Source: Octopus vulgaris
Taxonomy: Eukaryota
Reading direction: 5' to 3'
DNA: 64,000 nucleotides
NCBI GenBank assembly: GCA_951406725.2
Contig: OX597825.1
Coordinates: 85,002,001-85,066,000, forward strand
The notes below the pieces were generated by a model, which had not been told where the DNA came from, searched no databases, and saw only the letters and a list, made by a program, of their open reading frames with translations. Shown one piece after another: positions 12,373 through 25,092 of the stretch. The translations under genes were made by a program, and so were the position numbers. Positions within the stretch are counted from its first letter, which is position 1. Every line of letters begins with the position of its first letter.

Positions 12373-12376
<4 letters not shown>
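11935..12376 (-). mobile_element. PLE-type element with a perfect 101-bp inverted duplication and a hammerhead fold
   Basis: 12007-12107 is the exact reverse complement of 12276-12376. Hammerhead at 12046-12124 (minus strand). (TA)n at both outer ends and internally. Confidence 0.8.
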
Positions 12377-12406
<30 letters not shown>

Positions 12407-12408
<2 letters not shown>

Positions 12409-12628
12409 CCCACTGACAGCGAAACATAGAGGTGACAAACAAGGACAAACAAAGGGATTAAGTCGATTACATCAGCCCCAGTGCTTAACTGGTATTTATC
12501 TAATCCACCCCGAAAGGTTGAAAGGCAAAGTCGATCTCGGCGGAATTTGAACTCAGAACGTAACGGCAGACGAAATACCGCTAAGAATTTCGCCCGTCGT
12601 GCTAACCATTATGCCAGCTCGCTACCCT
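12407..12628 (-). mobile_element. SINE family 2 copy
   Basis: Well-preserved head (cgagctggcataatggttagc...gttctgagttcaaattccgcc) and gactttgcctttcaacctttcggggtggattagataaataccag. Confidence 0.85.
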
Positions 12629-12641
12629 TTTACAAATGTAC

Positions 12642-12691
<50 letters not shown>

Positions 12692-13464
12692 ATTTCTGTG
12701 TGTGGGAGAGTGAGAGAGTGCGTGTGTCTTTGAGTCTGTGTTTGTCTGCAACCAGCATTTGACATCTGGTGTCGGTGTGGTTATGTCCCCTTAAAATTGC
12801 GGATAGCGATTCAGCAAATGTTACTACGGTCACCCAGCATCATCGCAGACTAATCACTAAAACTAGTAAAAGATAAAAAGATTTCAGACTTATGCATTGG
12901 TATACATGCATTCATATATATGCATTCAAACTTAGATACCTACAAAAACATTTCTTTACAAAGCATCCACTATTTTTCTATGATAAAAATATGCAAATAC
13001 AAATATTATATTAGCAAACTGGAAGTGCCAAATTTGACGTCGGCGAATATTTCGGCTGACAATGAACGCCGTAATAGTAGTATACAACAACATGGCAAGT
13101 AGCTTCAAATGGAATAAAGAGCCGTCGTGTCGTTCGTTTATTTAATAATACTCTAAACAATGATTGTCCTTAAACAAAACTAGATCCGTTAATAAACTAT
13201 TCCTTTATCCTGCGATTACCTGAAGTTCTGAATGAGTGAGGAAGTCAGGTGAGTGCTGTAAATCAAATATTTTTCGTTGAAAACGTGAATAAAATAGGAA
13301 ATAGCTTCGAGATTGTTGAAAAGAACGTCTCAACGTACGCACATGCACACATTAACCTGTGCAATCCAACTAACAAAGTTTTCAGACATATTAATGTGTA
13401 TATATACTCACACACTGTTGGTACACCTATATTTTGATGTCACAAATAGAAACACAGACACACG

Positions 13465-13501
<37 letters not shown>

Positions 13502-13560
13502 GATATGCGTGTAAAACAATATAATGTGCATATGCATTATCCATATATATATATATATAA

Positions 13561-13602
<42 letters not shown>

Positions 13603-13636
13603 ATACACACATATACATACATACATTCAGACATAC

Positions 13637-13676
<40 letters not shown>

Positions 13677-13742
13677 TCAGCTATATGTAAGCCATATGAA
13701 TATACATAAATTTGTATAAATTGTATATTTGTAGATTTGTAC

Positions 13743-13832
<90 letters not shown>

Positions 13833-14364
13833 TGTATGTATGTATGTATGTATGTATGTATATATACGTACATTAAGTGCCAAAATTGTTAGTTGGAAAT
13901 ATTATTACCTAGAAAATAAGTTTAAGCGAAAAGCAAAAGTCAAATCAATACATTTAATAGAATGATGTTTATGAAATGCTTCAGTTCCAGCTGTTTTACA
14001 TTCCAATAGTTTATAGGCGGTTATTTACCGCTGTATGCCCGAAGTCAATTTTCAAACGGAAGTGGATAATAAAAATTCTATATTCCTATGTGTGTCGGGT
14101 GTTTTAGGAATCGAATTGTAAATCATGAACTGACTTTTCAACCTGCCTAAATATAAAGATCCTACGGCGTTCTCTCAATATATATGAGAATAATAAATAA
14201 AAAAAACATTTAAAAAATCTGACATTTATAATTGACTTCTCTTCCGCCATTGAATATCGTCTTTTCGTTGTTGTTTGCAGTGCACGAAGAGACTTTTGTA
14301 AATCCAGACGTGTGTGTGTGTTTGTGGTTATATTTATATATATAGTCATACATATATGTTTCTG

Positions 14365-14395
<31 letters not shown>

Positions 14396-14545
14396 GCCCT
14401 TACATGTATAGTTTCTCTATAGTAATTTCTATGTGTGTGTGTGTGTGTATGTGCGTGTGAGTTTACGAATATATGTATATATAAAGAGTAGTGTTGTTCA
14501 AACTCTGTATATATATATATATATATATGTATACACACACAATCA

Positions 14546-14633
<88 letters not shown>

Positions 14634-14837
14634 CAAAAAAAGCAGTCGGGATTTGGATCCATACCTATTTCGGAAAGCATTCTGTCCCTTTAGGGATTCA
14701 TCATGAAATGTGAAGTGTTGAGTATTTATCTATTTTCTATTCATGTGAATTAGTTGGATACATGCAAGAGTTCAGTTTGCTTTCTTGGGCTTTAGACAAT
14801 CTTGTTTTCTGACTACCTTCTTCATGTTTGTGTGTGT

Positions 14838-14878
<41 letters not shown>

Positions 14879-14899
14879 TACAGGAAAGCCAACATAAAT

Positions 14900-15265
14900 A
14901 CGATAAAGGAAAACAGTAAAGCTGCTAATTTTTCTTCGCACTACCTCTCGAGTGGAAGACACCACAAGAATGATATTTGCAGCTCCATCCCCGACATAAA
15001 TGAATAAATGTTTCATTTGAAATGCTGCGCGTCAAAACTCCTTAGAAAAGACATAAGAAGGGCGAAAATTCCTGAAGGATGATATTCCAGTGATGAAGGA
15101 TTGCTTTCGTGGTTAATCCAGATAAATTAGTGAGGTTGAGACCCACAGAAAGTAAGGAGAATTGTCCATGCGAATGAATACAGGAGTGACTGAGGTGTGA
15201 GAATTAAGGAGGAGATAGTAAATACAAAGAGATGCGACTCCAGGCCTGTGGAATATAGGCCGGAG
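14900..15265 (-). mobile_element. CR1/L2-like LINE ORF2 C-terminal remnant
   Basis: Minus strand FHRPGVASLCIYY (cf. L.HRR.VASL.LFY) and a later HHWNIIL (WN.LP). Confidence 0.55.
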
Positions 15266-15339
15266 TATGACTGAGTGATGGAGTATCAACCGAGTATCAT
15301 TTCCAGGTGGACTAATTGTTTCTTATTTTTGCGCAATGT

Positions 15340-15725
15340 TAGCATTTTGGTGGGCATTAGTGGTTTTCAGCGCCCTCGATATTTGAATGTTTTTACTTTT
15401 ATCGACCCCCGGATGGGTAAAAGGTAGAGACAACTCTGGCAGTATTTGAACTCGCTAAGCATTTTTTTCTGGCGTGTTAGCGAGTCTGCTGGGCCGCGGT
15501 AATTTTTAGAGGTAAAATATTTTTTTCTTTTAAAGACCAAAACGTTTTGTGGAGAATGTTAGTCCCTTACATTTACAACAGTTATTGGCTAGTACCTATG
15601 TCTTCGACCCCGAACGGACGAAAGCAAATTCGATTTCGGCGATATTTGATCTCAGAACATTAAAACAGAAGAATTTTTCATTAAGCATTTTACTCGGCGT
15701 GCTAAAGACTCAGCCAACTGGTTGT
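15340..15725 (-). mobile_element. Two adjacent decayed SINE family 2 copies (about 15340-15500 and 15560-15725)
   Basis: Each has the tcgacccc...aaa(g)g...atttga(a/t)ctc...taagcatttt block. Confidence 0.7.
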
Positions 15726-16649
15726 CTTTTTAATGCTGAAATAACAAGATAAACTAAGGTAAAAATAAAATTGCTGACAAATAAAGAAAAAAGAGAATTT
15801 AGTCGAAAAATATAACAAATAGACAATTTTCAACACGGGACTAAATATTCGCAATAAAGGACAGCATGTTAATTGGAAAAAATATTATTACCAGCCCGAA
15901 GGTAAAAATGTGATTCTAGACACCAAATACTGTAAATAGTTTACATAAAAAGATATATAAAGATCGAGGAAAATGTAAAAGTTTGCGGTTGAGTTCTTTC
16001 ATTGAGACTTAGCGATTAGATACACTGTAGCATTTGGTGAGAAAAATAAATAAAAATGAGGCGAATTTAGTGAGTTAAGTTATTTAAAGTCACACCATTT
16101 CACGTCTGCATATCCAGAAGTTACTGTAAATTCTTCTTCGTTGCTAATTCTTTGATTTATTTGTTTTCTATATGTTTCTATTATATTATTATTATATTTT
16201 ATTGGTTTTTTTATTTGTAAGTTTCTTCTTGATATTTCTACAGAAGAAGAATATTGCATTTCTGCAGACAGTTGCACGTAGACGAAGATTAGCTTTATTG
16301 AATATGGTTTACTGCGGATAATAGCTTCAGTAGGCTCCATCTCTGGCAACTTGTATTGCTTACAACCACTTGAATACTTGAAGAATTACACAGGCGTACT
16401 ACTACACATGCACATAAATACCCACACATAACTATCAATCTATCAAAATCTCACCCCTTCGTCTGTGTATCTATAAACACACATACACACACACACATTA
16501 CTGTATCTTTCTATCTATATGTTTATCTCTTTATCAATCTATCTTTATCTATTTGCGTGTGTGTGTGATAAGTTTGTTTTCCAACTAAATAGCCCCTTTT
16601 TTGAGTCCCACTGTGCTGTACCTCAGGCAAGTTAACCCCGCCACCACCA

Positions 16650-17172
16650 CATAATTTTCTCATTCAATGTTCATAAACTATCATAAACAAGAAAATTCTT
16701 AGCATTATTAAGTATACATTTCTAAGAAAACCGTAAATACTGGAAGAGGTCTGACAGACGCTCGATCAAAATTTCGTACAGCTGATGCCCCAATATGAAG
16801 ATCACATCAAGAGCCGACTCCCAGTTGTAACTGTTGAGACCCTCAAGCTTGCCCACTTTCTCGGGTGTGTTTGATGAAGCCGCAATTGTGTATAAAGTTA
16901 CTGCAACGCTCCGCTTCAAAATAACATAACTGAGAATCAAAATTACATTGGTGTATGCGAAGGCAGTTTTAAAAACCGTTTTGCAAAGAACCAGTCTTCT
17001 TTCTCACACATTGATAAAAACAAGGCTACTAAGTTTACTAGCGATGAATGGGATCTGAAGACTTAGTGCACACCAAATTCCCTCAAATGAAGAACCGGGG
17101 AGAAATCTACGCCATTTATAAATGGATCAAGTAGATGCAAGTTATGCATAGCTGAACAATCGCCCATTCTTC
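16650..17172 (+). pseudogene. Penelope-like (Naiad-type) GIY-YIG endonuclease remnant, copy 1
   Basis: INYH(N)KKIL ... CNC*DPQACPLSRVCL / AIVYKVTA / NYIGVCEGSFKNRFAKNQSSFSHIDKNKATKFTSDEWDLKT*...K*RTGEKSTPFINGSSRCKLCIAEQSPI. Contains the CxCx5C motif, IVY/YIG, the conserved R and a C-terminal CxxC..E. Confidence 0.88.
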
Positions 17173-17189
17173 TTAGGTTTATGAAATTT

Positions 17190-17375
17190 CTTGAGAATGG
17201 GGCGGCTATTGATTGCATCCACACCAGTACTCAACTGGTACTTATTTTATCGATTCCTAATTAACACAAAGCAAAGTCAACATCACCGAGATTTGAACTG
17301 AGAACGCAAAACCGGAAGACATGCAGTTAAGCATTTTATGTACGATGAACTAACTATTCTGCTTGCTGATTGCTT
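17190..17375 (-). mobile_element. SINE family 2 copy
   Basis: ccagtactcaactggtacttattttatcga...gcaaagtcaac...gatttgaactgagaacg. Confidence 0.75.
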
Positions 17376-18240
17376 AGTAGCATAGTACAGTGTTATTAAA
17401 AGCGATGACCATCACCTGATTGTCTTTGATTCATAGATTGGATTGTTTACAGCAGGCGAGGGGTAAACAAAAGAAAAAAATAACTACAATAGCTGGTGTG
17501 AAAATAAATTCATGTAAAATTTTGAATAGCTTCAACGAATTAGAAAAGCTTCAGCTAGAAATTGGATACGGATCGTCAATATTCGTGCATCTTCACTTTC
17601 CTTCTTACTCTTACGTTCGCGACACCATTCCAGATATTTCCCAGAGTTTCGTCGAATCATTTTAAACTTTAGTGCTACCACATTCAGGTCAACTCTAATG
17701 TTGCACCGGGTTCTCTGAATGTAGTGAGAATATCGATCCCAGTGGAAGAGCTTTCGTGTCAAAAAATGCCAGTAACTCGTTTATGGAAGACAGTTTGAGA
17801 CAAAATAGAATTAAGTATGGAGAAGCATTAAAAAAGAAAGACATATAATCTCTCAACTCGAAGAAAAATTCCGCAACGTTTTATTTGCTTGAACTCTGGT
17901 AGTCTTATTAACATTTAAATAAATAGCTTGTTTACTCTAATCTCACTTAATCACTTCATCTTGCTAAACTATTTCGATATTTTTTCATTTGCCATTTGCA
18001 GACGATGCAGCCGGAAACGATTACAACGTTTTGCGAACATTCTGGAATAGTTCAAATTTATCTTCGTAAATTTGTGTTGAATGTGGATTGAAAAAAAAAT
18101 CCCCGTCTGAGGAAATTCCTGATCTACTTAAAGCCACAGCCAAGTTTTGCGTTTCGGTTAAAGCAAAATCATTCAGATTAAAATGCTTATGCACAGGACA
18201 TGATAATGTAAGAATGTTGTGTTATATTTATGAAGGTAGT

Positions 18241-18400
18241 TAGGTCCAGGCGTGGCTATGTGGTAAGTGGTTTGCTTCCGATGGTTCAGGTTTCGATCTC
18301 ACTGTGAGGTACTTTGCGCAAGTGCTGCGTACTTTAGCTTCCGACCGAGAAAGGTTTTGTGAGTGGATTTGGTAGACGAAAAGTGAACGGAATCTTTCGT
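18241..18400 (+). mobile_element. SINE family 1, 5' half
   Basis: gtggctatgtggtaagtgg...ggtttcgatctcactg...ttgtgagtggatttggtagacgaaaagtgaa. Confidence 0.75.
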
Positions 18401-18464
18401 ATACATACATTACACACACACACAAGCACGCACGCACACACATACACACACAACCACACACACT

Positions 18465-18496
<32 letters not shown>

Positions 18497-18498
<2 letters not shown>

Positions 18499-18760
18499 AA
18501 GTAATGTTTGGTGCCACTTTAATATGACTGTTCCGTATGAAACCACGTTACTACATTTTTTTAACCCCAGCTGGTCAACGACACAATCTGTGTCCGAAAT
18601 ATTGTGAGCAGGGGAGCGAACCCCTACCATCTACCGGCTTGACATGACCAGCAGCCCAGCTTGGTTTCAGGGTATTTGCCCTTCCTCAGTACCGGAAACC
18701 TGTTCGCTAGAAATGGCCGACGTTGGTCCTAGCTCGCAATGTATATAGAAAAAAAGCGAC
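18497..18760 (-). mobile_element. Short PLE-type element with a nearly complete hammerhead at 18648-18695
   Basis: Minus strand CCGGUA-CUGAGGA-AGGG-caaaua-CCCU-GAAA-CCA-agc-UGG-G-C-UGCUGG. The element ends at a (TA)n tract. Confidence 0.7.
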
Positions 18761-19898
18761 ACACTGCCGCTGATCTTGCAACAAAGTAGCTATTTGTAAA
18801 ACCTCTATGAGAGATGTAAGTAATAGCGGACACAGGTTGTGTCGTTAACCAGCCAGAGAAGATATTCTCCTGGGGTTTAAAACAATATTGGTAGTTGTTC
18901 CGTTTGGAACAACCATTTTGAAGTAGCAATAAATATTACTTTTCGGTATTTTTACTATTTACATATTTTATAGAGATCTTAGAACTAGCTTCTTTGCTTG
19001 TTGTATATATATAATTTTTCAAGATGTTCTAAAATAGAATTAGTCCAAATTCTCTCAACATATAATAAAATGTTCATGACATCAGCAACATCGAACATGG
19101 GTGGTGTGTCACAACAACGTCCCTACGATCTCATCTAGGTTCTGAGAGTCTAAATCAGAACAAGTATATTTTTTAAAGGGGACACGGGATCTCTTTCATG
19201 TTACTCTGTACCTACTCTCTCATTGGCAATGTTGTCACAGGGAACGAAATTCGATTTGTCCCCCTGTGGTTTACAAATCGTACGTTCTGAGTATTCATAC
19301 AATGGATCTTTCTGACTTGTAGATCGGAATGAAATCGCTGGTCTTCGGAGACACAGTCCCATTACTGTATTGTTTTCACGTAGTTCCTATATATATTTTT
19401 TTCCATTATTTAAACGAATCTTATACAATACTACTTTGCATTTACATTTCCAAATCAAATCAATAGATTTCCTATTACTCTATAAATCTGCAACCGTCCA
19501 CCTCTGTAATAAGCTGATTACAGTTACACGAACAAAAGCGCTTTTACTCCATTAGAACGTAACGGAGACAATGTGTGTGAAATATGTATACTTAGCGTCT
19601 TACTCAGCCAAACAATGTCCATAATAGGTGCTAATAAAGTTTATCTGCTGTCGCCTTGCCATGAAATCTACCACTCTATTAGTAAACATTATTATAGTCA
19701 GATGCTGTATGGTTTGGTATTCCCCTGAATCATGTTGCAGTAACCAATAGATTTACGCCAAGGCAGACGCAATAAAATTCAGCAGTAATTTCGTTTCAAT
19801 TCTTTTCCTTTCACTTCATTATTTCCATGCTTTATTGTCCTTCCATTCAAATGAAAGCCTTATTATCTGCGGTCTGTATAACACCACACTCACACACA

Positions 19899-19950
<52 letters not shown>

Positions 19951-20017
19951 TATGAGCGTATATATCCATATATATATAGGTATATGTATGTATACATATA
20001 TGTAAATATATATATAT

Positions 20018-20048
<31 letters not shown>

Positions 20049-20281
20049 CGCATGTATATATGCGTATAACATATATATATATATACATGTATATCTACAC
20101 ATGTAAATATGGCAGAGGTCAGGGTGTGTATATGAATTTGCATACACACACACACACACATATATATATACATACGCACACATATATACAGGCATACATA
20201 CAAACACACATACAGAGACACAAATACACTCACCTACATGTTTTTATATAAAAAATTACATGTATATATATATATACATAC

Positions 20282-20340
<59 letters not shown>

Positions 20341-21054
20341 GATAGATATATATATTTAATATACATATATATATATATATATATAAATATATACATACAT
20401 ACATTATCTTTACATTTGTTGTTCTTATACAGCAATCTGTAAAAATGAGAAGTCTGTCACGTATGTTACTTAATATGGTTTAAATCAATGTTTTCTTCTC
20501 ACACATATTTACTCACAAAAAGGAATTTAATAACAGAAGAAAAAATTCCAAATATTTCCAACAACAGACGTGTTTTGGGAAATTTTAACTACAAAGATTA
20601 ATTTTTCAATCATTTTCTCTCAGTGTTTTCTTTTTCATTCTTTGTCTGTTTAATATCGGTGCTACAGTTGCAGTCTTTCGTGGTTAAATCGCATTAGTTA
20701 GTTGTCATTAGTATTAAAAAAAGTTTCACTTACAAACAACAAAATACGTTCTCAATAAATTTCCGAGTTGCCTAATGTAATAATTTTGTGCCTGATAGTA
20801 TCAGAGAACGGCATGATTGACACATTAAGACATCTGCGATGATTGCTTACGCAAACTATTGTGGAATTAACTTTGCATTTCTTAACTTCGAATCATGCAA
20901 TGATATTTGTATATGCATGTGTATATACATACACATCGCTCACGTACTACAAAGACTCAGACTCCGAAGTGCTGACACTGCACAAATAGACAGAGCCACA
21001 CAAAAACGCACACAGCCACCCGTACCCCCCCCCCCACATATATATATATTTATA

Positions 21055-21247
21055 AGTCGCCATGGTTGCTACATCCACAAGTTTTTGTTTTTATTCTCTC
21101 TCTGTTTATTTCCTCGTGTTCCTTTCTATCGAAGAGCGTAGGTTCGAAACGTAAAAGACTTTCATTTTCCCGAGCGTCAAACTAATACAGCTGCTAGCTG
21201 TTTATACACCTGTCTTCGTCAATTGCTTTTCTATAAATTTCAACTAT
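21055..21247 (+). mobile_element. PLE-type short repeat family A, copy 1 (hammerhead-like motif 21122-21157)
   Basis: ctttctatcgaagagcgtaggttcgaaacgtaaaag; three more copies in the window; ends in (TA)/(CA). Confidence 0.8.
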
Positions 21248-21249
21248 AT

Positions 21250-21299
<50 letters not shown>

Positions 21300-21386
21300 T
21301 TCGATATGTGCGTGTGTGTGTGTGTGTGTGTATCAATACTCATATGCATTCTCATATGCATGTACGAAAGTATGTGTATATATATG

Positions 21387-21695
21387 AAGGCGCCTAGCTC
21401 AATGCTTAGCGCATTCGTAGAATCGCGAGTTCGAGTCATGGTGGCGCGTTGTGTACTTCAACAAGACACTTTATCACCCATTGTTCTAGCCCACCCAGCT
21501 GCCAAAAATTAGCTGTATCTGTAATTCAAAGGGCCAGCTTAGTCACACTCTGTGTCAGGCTGAGTCTCCCTAAGAACTATAGTAAAGGTATGCTTATATG
21601 TGTAGTGCTTAGGAATTTTCGCGTAATTTCACCAGCAGATTGTTTCACTGGTCGACGCAACTGGAACACTCCTCGTCACAACAAACGGAGAGCCA
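21387..21695 (+). mobile_element. tRNA-derived CORE-like SINE (family 3 relative)
   Basis: A-box tagctcaatgc, B-box gagttcgagtca, CORE-like cgttgtgtacttcaacaagacacttta. The 3' part is shared with 46045-46434. Confidence 0.8.
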
Positions 21696-21732
21696 GGGCA
21701 TGCATACATACATAGATATATACACACACACG

Positions 21733-21822
<90 letters not shown>

Positions 21823-21842
21823 ATGTACACACACACACATAT

Positions 21843-22010
21843 AGTTGTAATTTATAGAAAAACAAAAGAGGAAGACAGGTGTATGAACAACAAGCAAGTG
21901 CATTAGTTTGACGCTCTAGAAAAATGAAAAAGTCATTTACGTTTCGAGCCTATGCTCTTCAGCAGAAAGGAATAAGAGGAAATGAACAGGGAGTGAATGA
22001 CAAAAACGTG
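21843..22010 (-). mobile_element. PLE-type family A, copy 2
   Basis: Reverse complement aligns with copy 1 over about 160 bp; motif CUUU-CUGCUGAA-GAGC-auag-GCUC-GAAACGU-A. Confidence 0.8.
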
Positions 22011-22029
22011 CAGAGTCCATGTGTACGTG

Positions 22030-22084
<55 letters not shown>

Positions 22085-22498
22085 AAGTGTGTGTAAGTGT
22101 GTGTGTGTATATATACACACCCACACACATGTGTGCGTGTACATTTCTAAGTAGGAATATATCTATATACGTGCGAACTCATGCACATCATGCCTTCCAT
22201 GGTCCTTTACACTACCTTGATGGACTTGCAGGAGAATACTGTGTTCAGTATTTTTAGAATTGGTGGAGACCGTTCCTCTCTAGGCATGATCAGGGGGCAG
22301 AATGCGGCAGAAGGGAAATAGAGGTAAAGAACGAGTGGGATCGAAATCAGGCCCTTAAATGATGAAAGCTACCGCTGACGTAGGCAGGTTTTGAACCTAA
22401 CTTACAGTGGTAAACAACGGAAATAATTAATGCAAAGAAATTTATATGACTTGCTACCGACTCTAGAAAATGTTGCCTATATACACAGTGTGTTAGAG

Positions 22499-22529
<31 letters not shown>

Positions 22530-22542
22530 ATCGATCAATCAA

Positions 22543-22641
<99 letters not shown>

Positions 22642-22746
22642 TATTATCAGCATTGTTTTATCCTAAATTGCACATGTAGATGCTATTTCATGGAGATCTT
22701 ATAGCGACACACACAAGCACTCACACACACACACACACACACACAT

Positions 22747-22799
<53 letters not shown>

Positions 22800-22801
<2 letters not shown>

Positions 22802-23630
22802 AAAAATTCTTGAATACGAAAATCCACTCATAGAAAATGTATCTTGTATGATAAAATCTTTCTATCGAATGTGCTGTAATCTGCTTTGTAAAAGGAATTA
22901 AGTCAAGCCCGGTTATATCACAAGTTTTGAAGCAGTCGACGTCATTTCAATGATATATGAGAAAAGTTTGGATATACATATGTTCATATGTTTATATTTG
23001 TGACTGTATGAGTATAAATGCTTACGTACGCTAATAATAAATAGTGAGAATCAGTGTAGAAAAACCGCACTGGTCGTTAAGTATAGTCACCTTGTTAGCT
23101 TCAGCTATGAAGCACCAATGTTTATGGGGTTTGTTCACAAGCCCTTCTTTAAGAGCCCATACTATATAGGATAAATTTATTATATGGGGTTTCTTTCTTT
23201 TCCCTGAAGGAAGCCAAGTGCTACGGATGTCTCTGAAGTGTTTCCTATCATTCCAATATAAGATTTCGTTGTTCGGTTCAACACTGTAATGCATGCCTCA
23301 TACACCAATTCTGTTTCCAGGCACACATTGCTCAGTGAACAGTTATCGGTGTATCTACAATTACAAGATCGTTGAGGATTTTTTTCTTAATTTTATCATT
23401 CTTATTGTAATTGAGATATGATGTTGTGATGAAGATATTCTTCTGAGTTACCTCCTCTGGTCTGTGTTTATATTATGAAATCCTGCTTATCTCTCATACT
23501 CTCACGTATTCTCATCTAAAATGGAGACGAGTATGGATATACTTAATTGGATCGATTCAATAACTGTGGACATATTTTCCACATGAAACCATTGGCAGTC
23601 TTCTTAATCCGTAAATAAGGAATAAATACA
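22800..23630 (-). pseudogene. Penelope-like (Naiad-type) linker and GIY-YIG endonuclease remnant, copy 2, with 3' non-coding region
   Basis: Minus strand from 23367: SCNCRYTDNCSLSNVCLETELVYEACITVLNRTTKSYIGMIG / INLSYIVWALKEGLVNKPHKHWCFIAEANKVTILNDQCGF. Both ends abut (TA)n. Confidence 0.88.
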
Positions 23631-23637
23631 TACGTAC

Positions 23638-23709
<72 letters not shown>

Positions 23710-23714
23710 GTATA

Positions 23715-23834
23715 AGGGTGGAAAGGAACACACGAGTTGATATATATGAAAAAACAAGTCAAATATAGAAAATGCTAAAATAATTTTATAGTGAATCTTT
23801 CAGTACCGGTTTCGGTCATTTTGAGACCTTTTTA

Positions 23835-23836
<2 letters not shown>
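23715..23836 (-). mobile_element. PLE-type short repeat family B, copy 1 (hammerhead-like motif 23797-23836)
   Basis: Minus strand UUAAAAA-GGUC-ucaaaau-GACC-GAAA-CCGGU-A-CUGAAAG, embedded between two (TA)n tracts. Confidence 0.7.
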
Positions 23837-23927
<91 letters not shown>

Positions 23928-24405
23928 TATGCGCATACACACATACACGCGCACACATATATACACAGATATGCATGTATGTGTACGTACCTAAGCAAAG
24001 CCATAGATGGGGCAAAGTGAGAGGATGGAAGAGTTAATTAATTATTTTTGTGTGAAACATTGTCTTATTATTAAAATATTTCAGATAATGTTCACATATG
24101 TCATATATTTCTATCACGGCATAATAAAATGTCATTTATTTATTTGCTGAAATCTTCATAGATATATTTAAAGCATTATCTATCATTTCATTCGTTTGTG
24201 TTCTGATATTTTTGTCACGTTATTCCATTCAATAGTTTAGCACATATAATTTTTTTTACTGCTCTTCGGGTTTTACTAAATTTATATTTAACATACATGT
24301 TCAACTTGAAACGGAACTTAATGTATAAAAAGGTATTAGTCTGACAGCAGGTAATGAATCTGATATGACACGACAATAATAATGACAATAATGTTAATAA
24401 AAATG

Positions 24406-24466
<61 letters not shown>

Positions 24467-24517
24467 AATTGTCGATTTCAAATAGAGTTCTGTAAATGTA
24501 ACCTTCACTGATGTGTG

Positions 24518-24555
<38 letters not shown>

Positions 24556-24894
24556 TGTGTCAGAACAGTAGATAATGAAAAACAATTGGCATAATATATC
24601 CACCGCCGTTACATGTGTTTCATTTGGTACTAGGCGTTGCATAATTATACTTGTAGGAAAGACACGTAGGATATCTTCAGTTACAAATTCCTCAGACAGA
24701 GAATAGAATAACCAATCTTCTCTTTCGTATTCAATATGATTCTCCTGATTATAGAAGAGAGAATACCGGTTATTTAGAAGACCACCCGGTTTTAGTGTTC
24801 CTGCGGATCTCTCCGTGGTCGAGTCGTGCGACCATATCATAATAACGACCATCTGACCACATTACTATATTAGATAGTAATATAGTTGCTTTTA

Positions 24895-25092
24895 TATGAG
24901 GTGGGCGAAATTGTAACGACGCCGGGCAGGAATCTTAGCAACATTTCGTTCGCATTTACGTTTACCAAAGTCGGCTTTACCTTTTTCATCTTTTCGGGAT
25001 CGATAAAATAAGTACCAGTTGAGCACTGGGTTCCATAGAATCAATTTGCACCCCCCTCTCCCAAAATTGCTGACTTTTTCAATTTTTGAATA
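24895..25092 (+). mobile_element. SINE family 2 copy
   Basis: gtcggctttacctttttcatcttttcgggatcgataaaataagtaccagttgagcactggg. Confidence 0.8.

Noticed and set aside
10690-12376. The RT relic and the inverted hammerhead element as one PLE
   Set aside because: Orientation fits, but the RT is extremely decayed while the inverted arms are identical, and a (TA)n tract separates them. Independent insertions are more likely.
16835-16837. In-frame TGA after CNC in Naiad-like copy 1 as selenocysteine
   Set aside because: It aligns with Arg in copy 2 (CNCR), so CGA/AGA decay is the simpler explanation; all Cys positions here are TGT/TGC.
24505-24852. 115-aa minus-strand ORF
   Set aside because: Only a faint resemblance to L1/Tx1 ORF1-like sequence, and it runs into a microsatellite; not supportable as a gene or a firm TE call.
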